A stretch of DNA of 64,000 bases from a virus. Its lineage: Duplodnaviria > Caudoviricetes. Made by a program: the position numbers and the translations under genes. The stretch spans positions 96,001-160,000 of IMG/VR virus record IMGVR_UViG_3300028833_000061; one strand, written 5' to 3'. Shown piece after piece: positions 19,073 through 26,887 of this stretch (the stretch's first letter is position 1; each line of letters opens with the position of its first letter). The notes under the pieces are model-generated. The model was given only the letters and a program-made list of their open reading frames with translations, did not search any database and had not been told where the DNA came from.

Positions 19073-19076
19073 GCAT

Positions 19077-19889
19077 TTATTCTGGCTTCTTCGGGTAGCT
19101 GTACCACGGTGGCCTTAGAATAAACGGTTTAACATGCGGAGGAGGTGGAGGTGGAATCGGACAGGGAGGACGTTTGTCCATAGCTTCCTTAACAGCAGTA
19201 ACAAGCTGTTCTATTGAAGAAGCCATATCTGATAACGCCTTCTCTACATCTGTCTGCTCTGTTTCTTTATCGTCCTTGTCATCCTTGTGCGGACAGCCAG
19301 ACTTAGCGCCGACAAGGTATTCTGCTATAAGCTTTACACCTTCCTCTACGTTTCCAAATGAACTGTGCCCTGCCTCGATATCCGCAAGAACAGCACGAAG
19401 TCTCTCTTTCTGCTCGTCCGTCATCCCCTGAATGCACTTGCATACTGCAGAAGCGGCAGTCTCGTCGTCCCTGTAAGGAATATCGTGAACGGACGAAGAA
19501 GGTTCGTACTCGACTTCGAAGTGTCCAGAAAGCTGCGTCTGACGATGTCGACCGTCAATATCTGTAACGGCTAAAGAAAAAGCGTATGTGCCTCTTCTGA
19601 GGCTGTTTGACACCTTGTCAGGTACGACGACGTGCACAAGACCAGGAATTACTTCGTCTGAAAAAACGCCTTTCGACCACTCGCCGACCCAAATCGGGAA
19701 GTGATTAAATTTCGTCTCTGAAAGCACGAATTTGACGATCGTGTTCCTGTAGTTTGCAGGCATGCCGTTTGAAGGGTTTATAAGCTTTGCGTCAACCTTC
19801 CACGCGTCGCCTGAAACGACCTTGACGATGTGCATCCTGTCGCACTCAAGCGGCTTGTTGCACCCAGGAGGATTTGGTTTTACGAACAT
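19077..19889 (-). CDS. hypothetical protein with beta-sandwich-like N-terminus and Pro-rich tail
   Basis: GDAW...SLRRGTYAFSL beta-rich region, coiled segment and PPPPPP. Confidence 0.55.
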   Translation of the reverse strand: MFVKPNPPGCNKPLECDRMHIVKVVSGDAWKVDAKLINPSNGMPANYRNTIVKFVLSETKFNHFPIWVGEWSKGVFSDEVIPGLVHVVVPDKVSNSLRRGTYAFSLAVTDIDGRHRQTQLSGHFEVEYEPSSSVHDIPYRDDETAASAVCKCIQGMTDEQKERLRAVLADIEAGHSSFGNVEEGVKLIAEYLVGAKSGCPHKDDKDDKETEQTDVEKALSDMASSIEQLVTAVKEAMDKRPPCPIPPPPPPHVKPFILRPPWYSYPKKPE

Positions 19890-19892
19890 GTT

Positions 19893-20867
19893 TTATCCTA
19901 TCTTTATCTTGTTCCACAGCCACTTCCAGAAAGACTGCGTCTTCGGCTTCGTGGCAACCCTAGGGTCTTTTCTGAACACAGGAATACCCCATCCGAACTC
20001 TTCATCCCTGCCTTCAGGCCCTACATCATATGCTATTTTTCTCAATTCGTCACGAAGATCCGCAGGCTTCAGGAAAAGGCCTGTGCGTTTCTTGAAGTCG
20101 CTCTGTATCAATGCACCGACAGCCGCAACCGCAGGACAGGAGAAGCTTGTTCCTGACATTGACGCATACGTATTGTTCAGGAACGTGCTGAATACGTCTA
20201 CACCGCCTGCTGCAAACTCGACCTCAGGTCCTCTTGACGAGAAATCTGCAAGCTTCTGCTTTCTGTCTACTGCAGCTACAGCTATTACAGTATCGAATCT
20301 TGCAGGGAAGTTCACCTCTCCGGAATCGTTTCCAGCTGCTGCAAATAACGTAGCCCCCTTGGAGTACGCATACTCACAGGCCTTCTCCAATGCAGGATCT
20401 ACATAGTAGTTTGAAGGAATTCCAAGCGACATATTGATGATCTGGGCCTTTACGACATCCACTGCCCAGTATATGCCTTCTATGAGGTATCTAGTGGATC
20501 CGCTGCCATACTTGTCAAGAACAGCTCCGTAGTAGTCCTGGCAGTCAGGTGCTATCCCCTTGATTCCTACTCCGTTATCTGCTGTGGCTGCTATCACACC
20601 GCCGCAGAATGTTGAATGGCCCGCCAAATCTAGGCCATACCCAGGTACAAATGAAGTGCTGCCAGCAACAGTTATATCCCTGTGCGTAGGCGTTCCTGTA
20701 TCAAGAATCGCAACCTTTACGCCTTCGCCCCTTGAATTCCTCCAAGCGGAAGGAATGTTCATAAGATCGTGGTTGTAGTCAGTAACCTCGGATAGGGTCT
20801 GCACCTTGAATGCAGGCACTATCGACGGAACCATTGGAAGAAGTTCGTTTAAAGGAAGCTTTTTCAT
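19893..20867 (-). CDS. subtilisin-family (S8) serine protease
   Basis: catalytic motifs ILDTG, GHSTFCGG, AAAGN and GTSFSCP. Confidence 0.92.
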   Translation of the reverse strand: MKKLPLNELLPMVPSIVPAFKVQTLSEVTDYNHDLMNIPSAWRNSRGEGVKVAILDTGTPTHRDITVAGSTSFVPGYGLDLAGHSTFCGGVIAATADNGVGIKGIAPDCQDYYGAVLDKYGSGSTRYLIEGIYWAVDVVKAQIINMSLGIPSNYYVDPALEKACEYAYSKGATLFAAAGNDSGEVNFPARFDTVIAVAAVDRKQKLADFSSRGPEVEFAAGGVDVFSTFLNNTYASMSGTSFSCPAVAAVGALIQSDFKKRTGLFLKPADLRDELRKIAYDVGPEGRDEEFGWGIPVFRKDPRVATKPKTQSFWKWLWNKIKIG

Positions 20868-20895
20868 CCAAGACAGTATAGCATATATAAAATGT

Positions 20896-20933
20896 AAAGA
20901 GAAGCCCCGAGCCCGCTTGCGCGGGCCGGGGCT
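20896..20933 (-). terminator. intrinsic terminator
   Basis: GC stem with GCAA loop followed by TTCTCTTT. Confidence 0.7.
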
Positions 20934-20946
20934 GTCGGGCTAGGAT

Positions 20947-21363
20947 TTAGTAATCCATAGCGATTTGGTATCCAACCCCTTGCTGTCCTTGGGTGAATAG
21001 AGTTCTCCACCCTACACGGACCGCGGACCGGACCGCACAGCGATCCTCGGTGAAGTTGAGGAAGTAGAGGGCATCACGCATGGCGGGAAGTCCCTCCTGC
21101 TCCTCAGTTTCGCGCATCTTTCTGTCGAATTCTGCCGTCCTGATTATCATCCTGTTTGACCACCTCCTTACAGGAGCGAGCGATTTCCACTCCTGTTCTC
21201 CTCGTACAACCACTCTTGCCTGCGACAGGTCGTATCCCGCGTCCCAGAACCTGGCCTCTTCGGCCAGTTTGCTCGGATCATACCCAAGCATTCTTGCGAG
21301 CTTTTTGGTGTACTGGAACACGCCACCGTGGGCGATTGCAGCCTTCATTTGCCGTTTCTTCAT
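20947..21363 (-). CDS. hypothetical protein
   Basis: start MKKRQ with AAAGGAAG RBS. Confidence 0.65.
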   Translation of the reverse strand: MKKRQMKAAIAHGGVFQYTKKLARMLGYDPSKLAEEARFWDAGYDLSQARVVVRGEQEWKSLAPVRRWSNRMIIRTAEFDRKMRETEEQEGLPAMRDALYFLNFTEDRCAVRSAVRVGWRTLFTQGQQGVGYQIAMDY

Positions 21364-21515
21364 CTTGCTTCCTTTCTGGGCGATTGCCCGGTTGCCGTCC
21401 GCGACGAAGCAACGATCGCGAACGGTTGTTTTTGACGGAGACGCCATGTGCTGACCACCCGGCCAGCATGCACGACGATCGTTCCGTCGAACAATCGCCT
21501 TTCGGCTTCAATTAT

Positions 21516-21542
21516 TTATACCGCGAAAATGCCTGGAATTAA
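21516..21542 (-). promoter_or_regulatory. promoter motif TTAA-N15-CGGTATAA
   Basis: copy of the six-member motif, directly after a terminator. Confidence 0.65.
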
Positions 21543-21558
21543 GTCTTCGTACAACGGG

Positions 21559-21589
21559 TAAAAGAAAGCCCCGGAACATACTCCGGGGC
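21559..21589 (-). terminator. intrinsic terminator
   Basis: GCCCCGGA...TCCGGGGC followed by TTTCTTTT. Confidence 0.7.
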
Positions 21590-21595
21590 ATTCCA

Positions 21596-22063
21596 TTAAC
21601 GGGCTTCCATAAGGCGCTTCAACCTGGCTGGATGGCGCAGCTTTCGCAGCGACCGAGCCTCTATCTGGCGAACTCGCTCGCGCGTTATGCCGAGGCGTTC
21701 GCCGACCTCTTCGAGAGTAAGCGGCTTATTGCCGCTAAGGCCGAACCTGAGAGACATTACAATTCTCTCTCGCTCCTTAAGAGTATTTAGGACCGAGTGC
21801 ACGACATCGAAGATATCGACGATCGCCATGTTGTCGGTAGGAAGCCTGGGCTGTGTCCTTGCTTCCTCGAAAACCTCCTCGGCCAGCTTTTTCTTTTTAA
21901 GCCTCTTCGATACGTGGGCCGAATCAATAATACGGCCATTCTTTGTTGTCTGGAGGCCACATCTGTTGTGCTTGCCTCCAGTGCATTCGACACACGTGGC
22001 ACATCTGTCTGTGTCACGTTGCTCGCCCGTAACAGGGCAAAGGAATCTTGCGTGTGTTTTCAT
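21596..22063 (-). CDS. stand-alone sigma70 region-4 protein with N-terminal Cys cluster
   Basis: LKERERIVMSLRFGL...TLEEVGERLGITRERVRQIEARSLRKLRHP closely resembles RpoD region 4; CPVTG...CATCVEC...C. Confidence 0.85.
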   Translation of the reverse strand: MKTHARFLCPVTGEQRDTDRCATCVECTGGKHNRCGLQTTKNGRIIDSAHVSKRLKKKKLAEEVFEEARTQPRLPTDNMAIVDIFDVVHSVLNTLKERERIVMSLRFGLSGNKPLTLEEVGERLGITRERVRQIEARSLRKLRHPARLKRLMEAR

Positions 22064-22088
22064 GGTTTTGGTTGGTTGTGGTTGGTGT

Positions 22089-22126
22089 AAAAGTAAAGAA
22101 ACGCACGGAGACTGGTCGCGCGTTTC
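22089..22126 (-). terminator. terminator-like hairpin
   Basis: GAAACGCGCG...CGTGCGTTTC followed by TTTACTTTT. Confidence 0.55.
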
Positions 22127-22133
22127 ATCTGGG

Positions 22134-22637
22134 TTAGTGTTTGTACTCAAGAACGATGACGTCGTCCACGAGTTCGAGAAGCACACGGGCTGCCATGTGC
22201 GAGTCGTACGACTTTTGCGCTGTCGTTAGAGGAATCTCGCGAAATGCCTCCTTTACTGCAACACTGTACGGCTTCGTGCATGCCTTCGTTTTTGCAAGCT
22301 TCTTCACAGCCGCAACACGAACGACAGCCGCAGACACTGCGAACTCGTCCTTGCGTGACGTCCAGACATCAAGCTTGGACCAGCGCAAGAACATGTCCTC
22401 CAGTCCGTTGATGATAACGGACGGATACCAGTCGAGCGCGCGGTTGACTGCGCAGACTACATCGTACCGCGACAGCTCTTTGGAATCTTCGTCCAGCATC
22501 TCGTGCGCGACCGCACGAGTGTTTGACATCGCACGATCGAGAAAACGAGTCTTGTTCTTTACATGGATGTGCTCGTTGCCCCATGATCGAACGACCTGGA
22601 TCTGCGCGCAGCAGCACGTTAGTGAGAGAGTGTTCAT
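22134..22637 (-). CDS. hypothetical protein
   Basis: start MNTLSL after a C/A-rich leader. Confidence 0.6.
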   Translation of the reverse strand: MNTLSLTCCCAQIQVVRSWGNEHIHVKNKTRFLDRAMSNTRAVAHEMLDEDSKELSRYDVVCAVNRALDWYPSVIINGLEDMFLRWSKLDVWTSRKDEFAVSAAVVRVAAVKKLAKTKACTKPYSVAVKEAFREIPLTTAQKSYDSHMAARVLLELVDDVIVLEYKH

Positions 22638-22670
22638 GGTGTGTAGTTGTTGTTGGTTGTCGTTGATGCA

Positions 22671-22703
22671 AGTAAAGAAGCGCGGATGTTGAGTCCGCGC
22701 TTC
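22671..22703 (-). terminator. terminator-like hairpin
   Basis: GAAGCGCGGA...TCCGCGCTTC followed by TTTACT. Confidence 0.55.
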
Positions 22704-22707
22704 CTGG

Positions 22708-22881
22708 CTAGCGAGCGTGCTCAATCGCACAGTGCTCGCTGCATCCCTTCGTTGCACTGCCCCATTGTGGGCAGCCGGGGCAGCACGGGCCCCAGTTATC
22801 GTGGGAGGACTGGATTGCCTCCCAATCGACGGACGGCTTGTTCGGCTCGTCCGATTTCTTTGAATTGTTTTCGTTATTCAT
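22708..22881 (-). CDS. 57-aa Cys-rich peptide (CCPGCP...C...HC)
   Basis: lies between a promoter copy and a hairpin; C/A-rich leader. Confidence 0.5.
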   Translation of the reverse strand: MNNENNSKKSDEPNKPSVDWEAIQSSHDNWGPCCPGCPQWGSATKGCSEHCAIEHAR

Positions 22882-22915
22882 GTGTGTGGTACGAGTTGGT
22901 TTTCCTCGCAATAAG

Positions 22916-22942
22916 TTATAACTTATTCCATACAATATTTAA
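22916..22942 (-). promoter_or_regulatory. promoter motif TTAA-N15-AGTTATAA
   Basis: copy of the six-member motif. Confidence 0.55.
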
Positions 22943-22966
22943 AAGAAGGCCGGAGGCCGACCTTCT
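22941..22966 (-). terminator. intrinsic terminator
   Basis: AGAAGGTCGG...CCGGCCTTCT followed by TTT. Confidence 0.6.
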
Positions 22967-22976
22967 GCTGCAAGGA

Positions 22977-23642
22977 TTACTCCTCCAGCCCCAGCTTGAT
23001 GCTGTCCTCCATGAGCTTGACTGCGTCCTGGATGCTGTTGGCAAGCTTTAGGGCGTCCTCTTTGTCGCCGACACGTCCAAGCTCCCAGAACTCGCGGAAG
23101 AAATGCATCGTTACTTCGCGTGCGTTCTTCAGGGTCTCTAGAACCTTGTTGAAGGCGTCGAGCCGTTCCTGCTTGGCTTCCTCGGCTTCGTCCGCAAGCA
23201 TCTCCTCGACATCTTCCGGTGCGCACATCTTGTGCGCCAAGGCCATGTCTTCGGATGAATGTTTGTTTTCGAATGACCACTGTATCCAGCTAGGAGGCTT
23301 TCCTCCGAACGTAGAAGTCCAGCCTGCGCGATTGTTCTTCACTTCGAACTCGGTGGATTCTGCAACGAGCTCTCCGATGAACTTTGGCGTCATGGATGCT
23401 CCTAGCAGCGGAAGCGCGAAGAACTTGCCTGTTCCGGCAGGCATCAGGTGTCCGGTGTTATCCGTGCACGAGAAGCCCTTGCATGGACAGACGATCCACG
23501 AGAGGACTTCGCCGTTGTCGCCTGACATCCACGAAGTGATGACGAGCGAAGGAACGCCGTTGATGAGCCGAACGTCGCCTGGCTTGATGGCGTCACCGCT
23601 TTTGGCAGGAGGGGTGATCGAACCTTTGTTGTTTGTGTCCAT
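22977..23642 (-). CDS. hypothetical protein with acidic coiled-coil C-terminus
   Basis: 221-aa ORF bounded by hairpins. Confidence 0.7.
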   Translation of the reverse strand: MDTNNKGSITPPAKSGDAIKPGDVRLINGVPSLVITSWMSGDNGEVLSWIVCPCKGFSCTDNTGHLMPAGTGKFFALPLLGASMTPKFIGELVAESTEFEVKNNRAGWTSTFGGKPPSWIQWSFENKHSSEDMALAHKMCAPEDVEEMLADEAEEAKQERLDAFNKVLETLKNAREVTMHFFREFWELGRVGDKEDALKLANSIQDAVKLMEDSIKLGLEE

Positions 23643-23712
23643 AGTGAAAAATCCTGAGGGGTAAACAGACTATTTATAATCCGCCGTCTGCCAGGGCGGA
23701 GTTGGTGGTTGA

Positions 23713-24201
23713 TTAGTAGTCGTGGCGCTGGCAACCGCACCAGCCCCAATTGGAGAGGAGGGGATCGGGTCTGCCATCGTCTTGTTCGGTGAACTTCGCA
23801 TAGAGCTTGAGCTCCTCACCGCGAAGTTTCAAACTCCGTGCGTTGGTGTAGAACAGCGAGCGAACATGCTCGCGGTCTCGCCTGCTTCTGGATACCCAGT
23901 CCGTCATTTCGTTGATGTCGATCTTGTCGGTGCCTACGACGCGAGCATCGTGGCAAGCTACGAGGCAGAGCGCCTCGTTGAGATCTGTCTGAGCCATCCT
24001 GATTTTGTGCAGGAGTTGGCACTGGGTCCAGTTCCTGTCCTCGATTTTCTCCGGGACCTGCTCGGCAGCGTCCTGGATGATCTTGGCGAAGGCGGCGCAA
24101 GCCGCCAGCAGGACTTTGTAGCCACGCTGGATGATGTTCAGCGGCGTGGACGCTGCGGGGATGTGCTCCCCGTACTTGAGCGGGAGGAGGTTGATTTTCA
24201 T
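23713..24201 (-). CDS. hypothetical protein
   Basis: start MKINLL preceded by CCAACC. Confidence 0.65.
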   Translation of the reverse strand: MKINLLPLKYGEHIPAASTPLNIIQRGYKVLLAACAAFAKIIQDAAEQVPEKIEDRNWTQCQLLHKIRMAQTDLNEALCLVACHDARVVGTDKIDINEMTDWVSRSRRDREHVRSLFYTNARSLKLRGEELKLYAKFTEQDDGRPDPLLSNWGWCGCQRHDY

Positions 24202-24325
24202 GGTTGGCGGGGTGCTGGTACTTTGTCGCAAGCACGATCCTTTTCATCGTGGCATGCAACTGCCTCTCCGCAACCTGTGTAGGGTGCGTAGATTTAATCC
24301 GATTTGGAAGCTTCCCAGCAACTAT

Positions 24326-24352
24326 TTATAACGCAATACCGCCGTGTTTTTA
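24326..24352 (-). promoter_or_regulatory. promoter motif TAAA-N15-CGTTATAA
   Basis: copy of the six-member motif at the head of the small-gene island. Confidence 0.65.
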
Positions 24353-24356
24353 GACG

Positions 24357-24668
24357 TCAGAAAGAGACGGTTTCTATCTTTCTGGCTATCCTGTTAACCT
24401 TGTTGTACTTTATTGTATCGACACCAAAATACTTCTTCAGACGTTCCTTTCCGTCGTCTGTAAGCGTCGGAAGCATTCTCATGAAATCTGCGTTAACGGA
24501 GCTTATCATTCTTCGTGCCTGGCACGGTGCACAACCCTTTTTCGAGTTGGTCCGCATGGCATCCATCTTTACTTTAAGCGATGCAAACTCAGGTACCTTT
24601 TCGAAGAATGTAGCATCCGACAGCGCGTTCGAGATTTCGCTCGGACCGAATGTCATGATCTTAGCCAT
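24357..24668 (-). CDS. hypothetical CxxC protein, last gene of the tail operon
   Basis: GCAPC motif; overlaps 24661..25056. Confidence 0.6.
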   Translation of the reverse strand: MAKIMTFGPSEISNALSDATFFEKVPEFASLKVKMDAMRTNSKKGCAPCQARRMISSVNADFMRMLPTLTDDGKERLKKYFGVDTIKYNKVNRIARKIETVSF

Positions 24669-25056
24669 AGGTTTTCACCTCTTGTTCTGTGTATTGGTTT
24701 TCGTCATTAAGCATTCTAAGGTTGTCAAGCAGCCTGGCCACGTCTGAGTCTATTCTTGTTTCTATCTCGTCAAGCCAGTCTGCAGAGCGCGTCCACAGTG
24801 TTACGCTTTTTCTCCTGTAGTAAGGATTTTTACTGGACATGTCAGGCTCGTTCTCAGGAGTCTCCTCGATATCTGCCGGAGAGGCTACGTTCGAGAATGT
24901 GTCTACAACCTTACCAGACGGAAGTTCCGGTGTACCTGCACGGTACATGAAAATATACGGCGTAACTCCCTCGGCTTCAACTACCTCGGCCTTGAAGCCG
25001 TAGCTGAAATACTGGTCGCCGGTCGTGGTCTTTGTGTATTTTACCTTCAGTCTCAT
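24661..25056 (-). CDS. hypothetical tail-associated protein
   Basis: 131-aa ORF in the structural operon. Confidence 0.65.
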   Translation of the reverse strand: MRLKVKYTKTTTGDQYFSYGFKAEVVEAEGVTPYIFMYRAGTPELPSGKVVDTFSNVASPADIEETPENEPDMSSKNPYYRRKSVTLWTRSADWLDEIETRIDSDVARLLDNLRMLNDENQYTEQEVKTYG

Positions 25057-25085
25057 CTTTTGTCAGACTTTTTGCATGTATGTTA

Positions 25086-26882
25086 CTAAAAAGTGTAATC
25101 AAAGTAAAATCCTACATCACACATAGAATTATATGTTGCTGTCGCCGACGCGGTTGGAAGAGACCAGCTACCGCCATCACCGCAGCTTGTAAGCTTACTT
25201 CCATACGCTGTTCCTGATGCTTCACGATCGGTTATGCCCTGCAAGGTCCGCTTCAGAGACCCAGGAACTACAAGATTCGTAAGATTTACTTTTCGACACT
25301 TATTCTTTGCTACAGAGCCTATCGATCCGCTTTTGCTAGGAGCAAGGTCTACGAAGCACAGGGTCTCCGTATAGATAAAGTAACAGCTTTCCTCATCCTT
25401 CCAATCAACATCCTCGGTCTCCTCGTTACACCAGCTCGCGTCTTTAGTGTGTACCTCATTTATATCTACGTCTTTTTTCCAATAATGTTTTGAGCGGTCG
25501 TTTCCAAGTTTTGACATGTATCTGCCGTCATATTCACAATATGAATAATACCTCATACCTTCGTGCGTAGGCATCGACGGTCCTTTTGCCCTGACACCGG
25601 GTATTTTCGAGTCAACCTGTGTTTGTTTATTAACCTGCGCGAACCACGGGTGTTTCACCTGTGTTGGACAGCGTTCTGTCACTACGAATCCGAACGCGTT
25701 ATACCCGTGTATAGGCATCATACCCCAGCAATCTCTAAGAACATCTGCGCCGGTAGAAGCACCGAAAGGCCCCGAAGCATTGCAATTTTGCCGCTCTTGC
25801 TCTTCTTCGGTGATTGAAAACTTAAATTCAACAGGAGTCTGTTTCCATTTATATTCTTTTTGCTTACACGAAAGAAACCCATGGCCCGTAGGATCCACGA
25901 CCCATGTGACAATATAATTAAACGTAGCAGAACATTCTCCAGGGTTCAAAGAGAACTGGCACGATTGAGAAGCTCCGTAGGCGTAGCAGTCTCCAAATTC
26001 TCCAACACTATACTCCTCGACTATCGGAGAATTGTACAACTTGTAGCCATTACCATATCTGAAATTTTCTAGAGCGCCGTACCCAGGCACATAAGATGTA
26101 TCGTTAGTGCCTGTTCCAGCCTGATTAGGAGACTCGACTCCACCATAGCCAGGATCGTTCTTGTATATATGATGCTCACAATTATTTACAGTTGAACCTA
26201 CAAGATAGTAGTGCAACGTAGCATCAAACGGAGCCTGATTTTCAATAGAAATTTCTTTTTCAGGCATGTTTTCCAGGTCATACCCGTAATAATGCTCGGT
26301 CCTGTGAGAGTACCCTGTCTTATACTGTTTCGACGGGTAGTCAGGGGCAGCCTTCTCCCTCTCTCCGTACTCTATGCTTGTAATCCTGTTTGTAATTACG
26401 GAAAAATCATATGGTTCGCAGTGATAGCCGTAGTGATCCGGCACCCGCCTGCAGTATGTTGCTCCGCCAGCAGGTACAATATGCAATTCGTCCATTAGCG
26501 CCTCTGCGTCTGATACAAACTGCTCTACGCGTGATATTACTTTGGGATCGAACATGTTCTCTGCGGTTCCAGGGAGATGCATACCCACGTTCCTGTGCCT
26601 GGCCGTTACGCGTCCTGGCGTGTAATATACCGGGAAGTTTGTAAAATGCGCGGCCGCGTAGTCCACGTTTGGATCGACATACTGCTCTGCTACCGCAAAA
26701 ACAGCATCTTGAAGACACTCGAGTATACCAGGAGTGAACGGCAACCTCTTGTATATCTGGCTGCACATCGGCACACGCATGCCGACAGCCGCGGCACGTT
26801 TGGACAGCTTGTCCAGAAGCGATTTGAACGATTCCGAGCTGGCGACTGTGTACGGGCTGTCTGGTATGTCGATCGTGGGCAT
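25086..26882 (-). CDS. putative tail fibre / receptor-binding protein
   Basis: about 600 aa, rich in Tyr/Gly/Cys; distal position; GGAGGT before ATG 26882. Confidence 0.5.
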   Translation of the reverse strand: MPTIDIPDSPYTVASSESFKSLLDKLSKRAAAVGMRVPMCSQIYKRLPFTPGILECLQDAVFAVAEQYVDPNVDYAAAHFTNFPVYYTPGRVTARHRNVGMHLPGTAENMFDPKVISRVEQFVSDAEALMDELHIVPAGGATYCRRVPDHYGYHCEPYDFSVITNRITSIEYGEREKAAPDYPSKQYKTGYSHRTEHYYGYDLENMPEKEISIENQAPFDATLHYYLVGSTVNNCEHHIYKNDPGYGGVESPNQAGTGTNDTSYVPGYGALENFRYGNGYKLYNSPIVEEYSVGEFGDCYAYGASQSCQFSLNPGECSATFNYIVTWVVDPTGHGFLSCKQKEYKWKQTPVEFKFSITEEEQERQNCNASGPFGASTGADVLRDCWGMMPIHGYNAFGFVVTERCPTQVKHPWFAQVNKQTQVDSKIPGVRAKGPSMPTHEGMRYYSYCEYDGRYMSKLGNDRSKHYWKKDVDINEVHTKDASWCNEETEDVDWKDEESCYFIYTETLCFVDLAPSKSGSIGSVAKNKCRKVNLTNLVVPGSLKRTLQGITDREASGTAYGSKLTSCGDGGSWSLPTASATATYNSMCDVGFYFDYTF

Positions 26883-26887
26883 GCTGC

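Noticed and set aside
23674-23700. Seventh copy of the promoter motif (GATTATAAATA)
   Set aside because: The -10 part matches, but the upstream box is TCCG inside a GC hairpin; not counted
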